Translations under genes and position numbers: made by a program
Notes under the pieces: generated by a model
What the model was told of the DNA's origin: nothing
What the model saw: the letters and a program-made list of their open reading frames with translations, nothing else
The model's database searches: none
Part shown: piece by piece, positions 14,406-22,394 of the stretch
How the letters are laid out: each line of letters begins with the position of its first letter
Numbering within the stretch: position 1 is the first letter of the stretch
Assembly (NCBI RefSeq): GCF_000235605.1
Contig: NC_016584.1
Span: 4,937,151 to 4,961,150, forward strand
DNA: 24,000 nt
Origin: Desulfosporosinus orientis DSM 765
GTDB taxonomy: Bacteria > Bacillota > Desulfitobacteriia > Desulfitobacteriales > Desulfitobacteriaceae
Direction of reading: 5' to 3'

Positions 14406-17144
14406 TTATCCTTTGGCAATAACCGTTTTTCCCTGCCAACTGTTCTTTACAAGCCGGGCAAATCCTATCAAAACGGAAGGTCCCCCTGCCACACAGAGAA
14501 TGAGAATCCACTGCCAGCCTGCCAGGGATGTGGTTTTAAAAATTGTCTGCAAGGGTGGTATATAAATCACAGAAAGCTGCATGATGGTGGAAACACAAAC
14601 GGCACCGACAAGATAGAGATTGGTAAAAAGCCCTACTTCAAAGATGCCTCGTTCTTCAGACCTACAGTCAAAGACATGGAATAATTGGGAAAATACCAGG
14701 GTAGAAAAGGCCATGGTTCGAGCCCCTAACATATTAACTCCCATAAACAAAGCTGCAACGAAGACGAAAAGTGTACCCAAGCCAATAAAGGTCCCCCTGA
14801 TAGCAATTTTTGACGCTAACCCCCGGGCAAAGATACTTTCACCCGGTTTCCTGGGCGGACGATTCATGATTCCCGGTTCTGACCCATCCACCCCTAAAGC
14901 CATGGCCGGCAATCCATCCGTTACTAAATTCACCCATAATATTTGAATGGGAAGCAGGGGCAGGGGTAAGCCTACCAAAGCCGCCAAAAACATGGTTAAA
15001 ACTTCTCCTAGATTACAGGACAGCAAGTAGCGGATAAATTTCCGGATGTTGTCGTAAATCCCCCGGCCTTCCTCCACAGCTGCCACAATAGTAGCGAAAT
15101 TATCATCTCCCAAAACCATAGATGAAGCTTCTTTAGTGACATCTGTCCCGGTCTTGCCCATTGCCACACCAATGTCTGCTTCTTTAACCGCAGGAGCATC
15201 ATTAACACCGTCTCCGGTCATGGCAACCACTTGCCCCTGCTTTTTAAAGGCTCGCACAATTCTAAGCTTATCTTTTGGAGTCACCCGGGCAAAAACTGAC
15301 AGATCCATGATGCGCTCACTTAAATCCTGATCCGATGTTTTTTCCAATTCCGCTCCCGTAATCACTCCGCCGCCTTGTCCCCGGATGATCCCTAATTCAT
15401 GGGCTACAGCCTCTGCCGTTAAGCGATGATCCCCCGTGATCATAACCGGCTTAATTCCAGCCTGGCGGCAGACCCGAATTGCTTTGACAGCACTGGCCCG
15501 GGGCGGGTCAATCATCCCCAGCAGCCCAACAAAGGTTAAACCTTGTTCCACCTTTTCATCCAGAGGTTCGGAGTCGGCCAGGGGTTTTTCAGCCACCGCC
15601 AGAACTCGCAGAGCATGTCTGGCCATTTCATCATTGGCACGCATAATGTTTTTCTTACGTTCTGAAGACAGCTCGCCAACTCCCTGCCCTGTCAGTTCCC
15701 GCTGGCAAAGTCGCAGCACCGTATCCGGGGCTCCCTTGACATAGGCTTTACGTCCTTGCTTTGTTTCGTAAACAACACTCATCCGCTTGCGATCAGAATC
15801 GAAAGGCAGCTCCCCAATTCTCTTTTGTTTCCGCTCCAAAACCTCCCGCCATATTCCCGCCTTAGCAGCGGCTACCAAAATAGCCCCTTCTGTCGGATCT
15901 CCTTCAATACCCCAAGGTGATTCCTTTCCCTTGGAGCGAAAAAGCCCCGCAACCTGCACTCCTTTCTTCGTTAAGGCAGAGTTATTGCACAGTGCCCCAA
16001 TTTTTAAGGCGGAATTGAGAGGATCCCGTTCTTTTTCCGGATCGGCGCCCCTGAATTCTCCCTTAGGATCATACCCTTCTCCGGAAACGGAAATCCTTCT
16101 GCCATCGGAATAAATCTGCCGCACGGTCATTTCATTTTGAGTTAAAGTCCCTGTTTTATCGGAACAAATAACCGTTGCACACCCCAAAGTTTCTACAGCC
16201 GGTAATTTGCGAATAATGGCTTGACGCTTAACCATACGCTGGACTCCAATGGCTAAAGCCACTGTGACAATAGCGGGCAGACCCTCCGGAATAGCTGCTA
16301 CCGCTAAGGATACCCCTGTGAAAAACATCTTATAGAAATCCTCACCTCTAAGAATTCCCGTGACAACCACTGCTACGCAAACAAGGAGACTAATTAAAAC
16401 CAGCCATTTGCCCAATTCCGCCAAACGCTTCTGCAAAGGGGTTTCTTCATCTTCCACACTTTGAATCATTCCTGCAATAACGCCCATCTCTGTATCCATT
16501 CCTGTCGCCACTACGACCCCGGCGCCCCGCCCATTGACAATGGAGGTTCCCATGTAACCCATATTCTGCCGGTCAGCCATAGGCGTAAACTCGTCATGAA
16601 GAGGGGCAATGCTTTTGCTGACAGGGTGAGATTCTCCTGTTAAAGCAGACTCTTCTACTTGAATGTTCACAGCTTGAATCCAGCGAACATCTGCCGGAAT
16701 GCGGTCTCCCGTATCTAAAAGCACAATATCTCCCGGCACCAAGTCCGCAGCAGGTATCTTCTGTTCCACCCCTTCCCGCAGCACTCGTGCTTCCGGAGCC
16801 GTCAGGGAACGCAAGGATTCCATGGAACGTTCTGCTCGAAACTCCTGAACAAAACCCAAAACCGCATTAATAATTAAGATTGCTAAAATGGTTATGGCAT
16901 CTGCTATTTCTCCCAATAGTCCGGAGACCACTGTAGCTGCCAGCAGAACTAATACCATAAAGTCTTTAAATTGTCCGAGGAACAAAAAGACCGGATTTGT
17001 CCCCTTCTTTACCGCCAGGACATTCCTGCCAACCTCCTGCAGTCGACGCCGAACCTCTTTGACACTTAGTCCTTTCCCCGGATGTACGTCCAACGCCTTG
17101 GCCACGTCAAGCCAAGGCAGCACATGCCACGCCTGTTGCCGCAT
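14406..17144 (-). CDS. yloB: P-type Ca2+-transporting ATPase (SERCA/PMCA-like, YloB-type)
   Basis: Motifs LTGES, phosphorylation site CSDKTGTLTQNEM, IPEGLPAIVT (type IIA Ca2+ site), MITGDH and TGDGVNDAPA. I place the start at the ATG at 17144 (GGAGG 8 nt upstream) rather than the ORF-track 17201. Position next to rqcH (yloA) matches B. subtilis. Confidence 0.93.
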   Translation of the reverse strand: MRQQAWHVLPWLDVAKALDVHPGKGLSVKEVRRRLQEVGRNVLAVKKGTNPVFLFLGQFKDFMVLVLLAATVVSGLLGEIADAITILAILIINAVLGFVQEFRAERSMESLRSLTAPEARVLREGVEQKIPAADLVPGDIVLLDTGDRIPADVRWIQAVNIQVEESALTGESHPVSKSIAPLHDEFTPMADRQNMGYMGTSIVNGRGAGVVVATGMDTEMGVIAGMIQSVEDEETPLQKRLAELGKWLVLISLLVCVAVVVTGILRGEDFYKMFFTGVSLAVAAIPEGLPAIVTVALAIGVQRMVKRQAIIRKLPAVETLGCATVICSDKTGTLTQNEMTVRQIYSDGRRISVSGEGYDPKGEFRGADPEKERDPLNSALKIGALCNNSALTKKGVQVAGLFRSKGKESPWGIEGDPTEGAILVAAAKAGIWREVLERKQKRIGELPFDSDRKRMSVVYETKQGRKAYVKGAPDTVLRLCQRELTGQGVGELSSERKKNIMRANDEMARHALRVLAVAEKPLADSEPLDEKVEQGLTFVGLLGMIDPPRASAVKAIRVCRQAGIKPVMITGDHRLTAEAVAHELGIIRGQGGGVITGAELEKTSDQDLSERIMDLSVFARVTPKDKLRIVRAFKKQGQVVAMTGDGVNDAPAVKEADIGVAMGKTGTDVTKEASSMVLGDDNFATIVAAVEEGRGIYDNIRKFIRYLLSCNLGEVLTMFLAALVGLPLPLLPIQILWVNLVTDGLPAMALGVDGSEPGIMNRPPRKPGESIFARGLASKIAIRGTFIGLGTLFVFVAALFMGVNMLGARTMAFSTLVFSQLFHVFDCRSEERGIFEVGLFTNLYLVGAVCVSTIMQLSVIYIPPLQTIFKTTSLAGWQWILILCVAGGPSVLIGFARLVKNSWQGKTVIAKG

Positions 17145-17287
17145 GCCCCTTTCCTCCTTTTGCTTTATACCCTTAATAGCTTGGACCCTTTTGTAGTACA
17201 TGCTTATTCCAAAACCTTGAGAAAAATGCCTCTGCCCAACAAGTGTGTTATACTAAAAAGCGATTCCAATCTGAAAGGATGTTATCC

Positions 17288-19126
17288 ATGGCATTAGACG
17301 GTGTGACCCTGGCCTATCTTGTTAAAGAGCTTGCTCCTCTGCTTATAGGGGCACGTATTGATAGAATTTTTCAGCCGGAAAAAGAAGAGATTCATTTCCA
17401 ATTACGCCAGCAAAGCTCAAAGCGCCTCCTGCTTAACTGTAGCGCCACCGCTCCCCGCTTCCACCTTACTCAGGAAAACAAAAAAAACCCCTCATCCCCG
17501 CCCATGTTTTGTATGATCTTACGCAAACACCTGGAAGGCGGTAAACTCACAGGATTATACCAAAAAGAACTGGAACGGGTTGTCACCTTTGAATTTCAAA
17601 ACTACAATGACCGGGGAGACTTGGTAACCTTACATCTGCACCTGGAAATCATGGGCAAGCATAGCAACCTTATTCTTGTTGATCCCCGGGAAAACATGAT
17701 TTTGGATGGTTTAAAGCGCTATTCCCACGCTCTCAGCCAGTATCGGGAAGTTTTGCCGGGGCGAACCTATTTAGCCCCACCCTCTCAAGGAAAGCTGCCT
17801 CCGCTGCAGAACGAAGAGTTATGGCGGGAAACCCTTTACAAGGAAGAATTAGATCGGCCTCTAACCAGCCTGCTCCTCGCCTCCTTCGCCGGAGTCAGTC
17901 CTGAATTGGCACGGGAAATCGTCATTCAGGCAGGATTGAGTACGGACACGCTCTTAAATCAATGCGGAGATATTGATCTTTCCCGGCTTTTTCAAGCCTA
18001 TCGCCGCCTCTGCGATCCCGGTTCGGTCCCTGAGATACAGCCTTGCTTGTATTACCAGCCTGCCCCCCGCTCCCAATTGGCAGCCTTTAGTTTCGTCCCT
18101 TTTCAGCAGTATCAAGAATTAAGGCTGGAATCAGTTTCAACTCTCAACGAGGCGGTTCAAACCTTTTATCAGGTCAAAGCTAACAACAACAGCCTGGAAT
18201 CCAGACGAGGCTCTCTGGGCAAAATCCTTCAGGAGCAATATTCTCACAGCAGCAAGAAGCTCAAAATATATAACGAAGCTGAGTCAAGTGCTGAAATAAA
18301 CCTGGCTTATCAGCGCTGGGGAGAACTTCTTACCGCTAATCTCTACCAGATCGAACCCGGATCCTCTGAGGCTGTTGTGGAAGATTATTATGATCCTTCG
18401 GCCCCTGAGGTGGTTATTCCCCTTAATCCCCATATCAGTCCCATCGACAACGCCCAGCGCTATTACAAGCTCTATAACAAAGCCAAAGCCACTCTGCTCA
18501 AAACCAAAGAGCTCAAGGAAGCCGTTCTCGATGAACTCCGCTATCTTGAGTCCTTAAAATACAATTTGGCACAGGCCGCCACCCCCTCCGAACTGGAGGA
18601 ACTCTATGCTGAGCTGGCCGGTCAAGGCTATGTAGCCGGCAAACATCTAAAAAAAGTTCATTCTAAAGGGAAACCAGGCCGGGCCAAGCCCGGTTCTAAA
18701 TCCAAAGCCAAGTCTTCTAAGGTTGTTCATCAGCCCAGAGTATTTCACTCCAGCCAGGGGCGGCTTATCCTGGTGGGGAAAAACAACGCCCAGAACGACT
18801 GGCTGTCCTTACGCAAAGGAAAGCCCAACGATCTTTGGCTTCACACCAAAGTGATTCCCGGTTCACACGTCCTGGTTCCCCTGCAGGACGGGGAAGAATT
18901 CCCCGATGATGCTACTCTTGAAGAAGCCGCAGCCCTGGCTGTTTATTTCAGTCAAGCTCGGGGTTCTTCTCAGGTCGCCGTGGATTATACCCATGTCAAA
19001 CAGCTTAAAAAACCCAACTCCGGCAAGCCCGGCATGGTGATTTACGATCAGAACTGGACCTTATACTTGACTCCTAAGCCGGAGGTATTAGAGGGTTTAC
19101 TGGCAAGTGAAGCGATTCTGGAATAA
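17288..19126 (+). CDS. rqcH: ribosome-associated quality control factor RqcH (NFACT / FbpA / YloA family)
   Basis: N-terminus MALDGVTLAYLVKEL...RIDRI.QP is typical of the NFACT-N domain. It also has a central coiled-coil region, a Lys-rich linker and a C-terminal NFACT-R/DUF814 (GRLILVGKNNAQND...DLWLHTK..PGSHV). I place the start at the ATG at 17288 (AAAGGA RBS) rather than 17243. Confidence 0.9.
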   Translation: MALDGVTLAYLVKELAPLLIGARIDRIFQPEKEEIHFQLRQQSSKRLLLNCSATAPRFHLTQENKKNPSSPPMFCMILRKHLEGGKLTGLYQKELERVVTFEFQNYNDRGDLVTLHLHLEIMGKHSNLILVDPRENMILDGLKRYSHALSQYREVLPGRTYLAPPSQGKLPPLQNEELWRETLYKEELDRPLTSLLLASFAGVSPELAREIVIQAGLSTDTLLNQCGDIDLSRLFQAYRRLCDPGSVPEIQPCLYYQPAPRSQLAAFSFVPFQQYQELRLESVSTLNEAVQTFYQVKANNNSLESRRGSLGKILQEQYSHSSKKLKIYNEAESSAEINLAYQRWGELLTANLYQIEPGSSEAVVEDYYDPSAPEVVIPLNPHISPIDNAQRYYKLYNKAKATLLKTKELKEAVLDELRYLESLKYNLAQAATPSELEELYAELAGQGYVAGKHLKKVHSKGKPGRAKPGSKSKAKSSKVVHQPRVFHSSQGRLILVGKNNAQNDWLSLRKGKPNDLWLHTKVIPGSHVLVPLQDGEEFPDDATLEEAAALAVYFSQARGSSQVAVDYTHVKQLKKPNSGKPGMVIYDQNWTLYLTPKPEVLEGLLASEAILE

Positions 19127-19157
19127 ATCTTCATTCCTCAAAAAAGGAAGATCTAAA

Positions 19158-19195
19158 AGGTCCAGGTACGTTGTCTGAACAACGCACCTGGACCT
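19158..19195 (-). terminator. rho-independent terminator of the LeuCD-like operon (hairpin shared with convergent rqcH)
   Basis: 16-bp stem AGGTCCAGGTACGTTG / CAACGCACCTGGACCT. The single mismatch is G-U in the minus-strand RNA and A-C in the plus-strand RNA. On the minus strand it is followed by TTTTAGATCTTCCTTTTTT. Confidence 0.55.
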
Positions 19196-19314
19196 CTTCC
19201 TGTACCCCTATTTCCGCTCAAATGTCTTTCTTTTCAGCTTTGCATTTGCTTCTTTATTTTCTAAATAAAGATATTTAGGGCATAGAACAATTTTACTTCT
19301 ATTTCTTAAACCGC

Positions 19315-19788
19315 TTATGAATTAATATATTTGACTATCCCACCACAATTCAATATTTCTTGCATGAAAGGTGGCAAAGGAGTAACTTCGAGGTAACTGT
19401 TGGATGAGATATTTCTTATGACCCCCTTGTGAGTGTCAATCTCCAGTACATCACCCTGTCTGATCTCATCCGCATTTTCACATTCCACCAACAGCAGCCC
19501 AATATTAATAGCGTTGCGATAAAAAATCCTTGCAAAACTTTTGGCAATGACCGCACTGACACCTCTCTCCTTTAGTACGGCAGGAGCCTGCTCTCTTGAA
19601 GATCCGCACCCAAAGTTATCATTGCCGCTAATAATATCCCCCGGTTTAAAATCTTTCGTGAAGTTTTCATAGAATTCAAAGGTATGGGGAGCCATTTGCT
19701 GGAGTGTAGACAGACTCAGGTATTGTGCAGGAATGATCTGATCGGTATCCACATTATCTCCAAATTTGATAGTTTTAGCTTTGATCAT
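19315..19788 (-). CDS. aconitase-superfamily hydro-lyase small subunit (short LeuD/HacB type; 3-isopropylmalate-dehydratase-like)
   Basis: 157 aa. Motifs KFGDNVDTDQIIPAQYL and GCGSSREQAP. The start lies 1 nt after the large-subunit stop (TAATATG). Confidence 0.9.
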   Translation of the reverse strand: MIKAKTIKFGDNVDTDQIIPAQYLSLSTLQQMAPHTFEFYENFTKDFKPGDIISGNDNFGCGSSREQAPAVLKERGVSAVIAKSFARIFYRNAINIGLLLVECENADEIRQGDVLEIDTHKGVIRNISSNSYLEVTPLPPFMQEILNCGGIVKYINS

Positions 19789-19789
19789 A

Positions 19790-21040
19790 TTATATCACCT
19801 TCCTCGGATCGGTTATTTTTCCATAGAGTGCAGAAGCTGCTGCAGTTGCTGGGCTGGCAAGATAGATTTCTCCATCGGGGCTACCTACGCGGCCTTGAAA
19901 ATTCCGATTAGCAGTTGTAAGGAGACGCTCACCAGGCCCAATTAGGCCAATGGTACCGCCAAAGCAGGCACTGCAGCCAGGGGTGGATACCATGGCGCCG
20001 CTTTCCATAAAAGTCCCGATCAGACCTCGTTCCATTGCCTCCATGTATACCGCGTTGCTGGCAGGTGTGACCAGCATCCGCACCTTTTCGGAGATCTTTT
20101 TCCCCCTCAGAATAGCCGCCGCCGTTTCAAGATCTTCTAACCTGCCATTGGTACAGGCACCCAGAAACACTTCATCTATGTCGAGCCCTTCAAAGTCGGA
20201 AAGGGATTTGACTTGATCCACGCTGTTGGGGTAGGCGATCTGGGGTTCCAAGTTTTCTACATTATAAGTTAATACCCGTTCATATGAAGCATCCTCATCG
20301 TCCTCAATTACCGGATAATACTCTCTTCCCAAATCCTTCATGAAGGCTTTTACCTTTTCATCAGGTTGCACATAGGCAAATTTTGCTCCTGCTTCAATGC
20401 CCATGTTGCAAAGGGTAACCCGCTGGGAAACGGTCAAATCCCGAATGGCCTCCCCTTCAAAAACCAAGGCCTTATAGGTAGCACCCTTAGCAGTGAGGTC
20501 ACCGATCATCTTCAGGACGAGATCCTTGGCGTAGACACCCTGGGGCCATTTTCCGCCGACACGGATCTTGATGGCGAGAGGCACCTTAATCCAGACCTTA
20601 CCCTCCAGCCAACCAACCGCCACATCCGTTGATCCCATTCCTGTGGAAAGGGCTCCAATGGCACCATAGGTACAGGTATGGGAATCGGCACCAATGATAA
20701 AATCACCAGGTTTGGCATGATGCTCGAGCATCAGCTGATGACATACCCCCACACCATCGTAAATGTATTTTAACTCCTGATCCCTCCCAAACTGCCGCAT
20801 CTTTTTGTGGGTTTCCGCTGCATCAACAGAACAACAAGGAGTATAATGATCCATAACCAAGACCACCTTTTCCCGATCAAAAACCCGTTCACCCTTTAAT
20901 TCTTTTTTGAATACATCAATCGATAGGGTGGTTGTAGCATCATTGGACATCACACAATCAAGCTTCACATCAACGATCTGTCCCGCTTTAACTGTTTCGA
21001 GACCTGCATGGGTAGCAATAATTTTTTCAATCGCGTTCAT
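19790..21040 (-). CDS. aconitase-superfamily hydro-lyase large subunit (LeuC/HacA type; 3-isopropylmalate-dehydratase-like)
   Basis: 416 aa. Motifs GADSHTCTYGA, Fe-S cysteines GACTNGR and PGCSACFG, and ANRNFQGR. RBS AGGGGGA 6 nt before the ATG. Confidence 0.9.
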   Translation of the reverse strand: MNAIEKIIATHAGLETVKAGQIVDVKLDCVMSNDATTTLSIDVFKKELKGERVFDREKVVLVMDHYTPCCSVDAAETHKKMRQFGRDQELKYIYDGVGVCHQLMLEHHAKPGDFIIGADSHTCTYGAIGALSTGMGSTDVAVGWLEGKVWIKVPLAIKIRVGGKWPQGVYAKDLVLKMIGDLTAKGATYKALVFEGEAIRDLTVSQRVTLCNMGIEAGAKFAYVQPDEKVKAFMKDLGREYYPVIEDDEDASYERVLTYNVENLEPQIAYPNSVDQVKSLSDFEGLDIDEVFLGACTNGRLEDLETAAAILRGKKISEKVRMLVTPASNAVYMEAMERGLIGTFMESGAMVSTPGCSACFGGTIGLIGPGERLLTTANRNFQGRVGSPDGEIYLASPATAAASALYGKITDPRKVI

Positions 21041-21117
21041 ATGCTATCCCCCTTTTCATTTATTCCATCCTACTCCATTTTTTGCTATAATTAAAATGCC
21101 TGTTTTTCATAATATCC

Positions 21118-21132
21118 ATAACTGGGGGTTAT
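21118..21132. promoter_or_regulatory. candidate LysR-type T-N11-A box (ATAAC-N5-GTTAT)
   Basis: Perfect 5-bp dyad in the 95-bp divergent intergenic region, ~85 bp upstream of the LeuC-like ATG. It overlaps the RBS region of the LysR gene. Motif fit only. Confidence 0.3.
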
Positions 21133-21135
21133 ATC

Positions 21136-22029
21136 GTGTTGCATGCAGAACTCTATAAGATTTTCTATTTCACTTCTATGTGCCGGAGCATTTCTGAAGC
21201 TGCTGATAGGCTCTATATTAGCCAACCAGCAATCAGCAAATCTATTAAAAAGTTGGAAACCTTAACTGGGTGTACACTTTTTATCAGAAATTCTAAGGGT
21301 GTCACCCTTACGACAGAGGGGCAGATTCTCTATGATTATGTAAAAAGTGCCTTTGAAACCCTGAACAATGGAGAGATGATGCTTGAAAAGCTAAAAAAGA
21401 GAACCGAGGGCATTGTCAAAGTGGGCATAAGCAATACGCTTTGCAGATACTTCTTTTTACCCCATCTAGAGGCATTTCATTATCAGTACCCCGGTATACA
21501 CATTCAAATCATCAACCGGCCTTCACCGGATACCTTGAAACTTTTAGAGCAAGGGCAGCTTGATTTTGGCATTATCAGCATTCCCATGGACAAGGGAGAC
21601 CTGGAATATTTCGAGTTGATGACCATCCAGGACATCTTTGTGGCAGGCAGTAAGTATGACATCCCGGATTGTGCCCTCCCCCTTAAGAAACTTGGAAGTT
21701 ACCCACTCCTGATGATGGAAGCCGGGAATCTCTCTCGGATCCATATCGACGACTATTTTAAGGCCAATCATCTCAGCTTTACGCCAGAAATAGAGATCAG
21801 CAGTATGGATATCTTAATTGAATTTGCCAAAATTGGCTTGGGGTTTGCCTCGGTGATCAAAAGTTTTGTTACCGAGGAGCTAGCTCTTGGTATACTGAAG
21901 GAAGTTCCGGTCTCCCCTGCTATACCGCAACGCAAAATAGGTATTGCTCTGAAAAAGAATATTCCAGTTTCTCTGGCTTCCCAGTCCTTTATAGAGTATT
22001 TAAAAGGGACCAGGGTTTTGAGTCAGTAA
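21136..22029 (+). CDS. LysR-family transcriptional regulator
   Basis: 297 aa. N-terminal wHTH (SISEAADRLYISQPAISKSIKKLE) and a C-terminal substrate-binding fold of typical length. GTG start at 21136 with GGGGG 7 nt upstream. Divergent from the LeuCD-like operon. Confidence 0.9.
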   Translation: MLHAELYKIFYFTSMCRSISEAADRLYISQPAISKSIKKLETLTGCTLFIRNSKGVTLTTEGQILYDYVKSAFETLNNGEMMLEKLKKRTEGIVKVGISNTLCRYFFLPHLEAFHYQYPGIHIQIINRPSPDTLKLLEQGQLDFGIISIPMDKGDLEYFELMTIQDIFVAGSKYDIPDCALPLKKLGSYPLLMMEAGNLSRIHIDDYFKANHLSFTPEIEISSMDILIEFAKIGLGFASVIKSFVTEELALGILKEVPVSPAIPQRKIGIALKKNIPVSLASQSFIEYLKGTRVLSQ

Positions 22030-22357
22030 ACGCATCTCTTTTTAAACTGTATTTTTTAGAACACTTCTAGTATTTCTAATTATCCACTCGTCACCTTATC
22101 TGTTCTTATTTTATCTAATTCTGAGCCTTGATTTTTGTATATGAATAGATACTTTTCACCATCTCTGTCGGACATTGAATTATAATGCTCAATCAAATGC
22201 AAGGCAGGTCGAGAATAAACTGCAATTTGATGAGCTCGAAAAAACAGGAAGGCTACCTTTTTAGGTATCCTTATGCTGGGTTTTTCCCAATATTTTATTA
22301 TTTAATCAATAATTTACCTTTTCATAATTTGCTCTTTACAATGCTATGTTACTATTA

Positions 22358-22375
22358 ATTTGAACATGTTCAAAT
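22358..22375. promoter_or_regulatory. 18-bp perfect palindrome ATTTGAACATGTTCAAAT, candidate operator / 5'-UTR hairpin of the PHP-protein gene
   Basis: Perfect dyad located between a candidate sigma-A promoter (TTTACC 22313..22318, 18-nt spacer, TACAAT 22337..22342) and the AGGAGG RBS (22383..22388). Confidence 0.4.
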
Positions 22376-22394
22376 GAAAAACAGGAGGTTTTCT

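Noticed and set aside
17145-17201. 19-codon N-terminal extension of the P-type ATPase ORF (MYYKRVQAIKGIKQKEERG)
   Set aside because: The internal ATG at 17144 has a GGAGG RBS at ideal spacing and gives a family-typical N-terminus. The upstream ATG has no RBS.
17243-17287. 15-codon N-terminal extension of the rqcH ORF
   Set aside because: NFACT proteins typically begin M-x-x-DG. The ATG at 17288 gives MALDG and has an AAAGGA RBS.
22185-22358. 57-codon ORF in the AT-rich region upstream of the PHP-protein gene, and a nearby hairpin (about 22247..22270)
   Set aside because: No RBS. The residue composition is odd (YY, FF runs from AT-rich DNA) and there is no family resemblance. The hairpin has a mismatch and no adjacent U-run.
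22361-22372. Possible LexA (Cheo/SOS) box, TGAACATGTTCA
   Set aside because: The Firmicute SOS box is GAAC-N4-GTTC and this dyad is GAAC-N2-GTTC. No DNA-repair context.
22374-22394. 7-codon N-terminal extension of the PHP-protein ORF
   Set aside because: The ATG at 22374 lies inside the palindrome and has no RBS. The ATG at 22395 follows AGGAGG by 6 nt and yields a canonical signal peptide.
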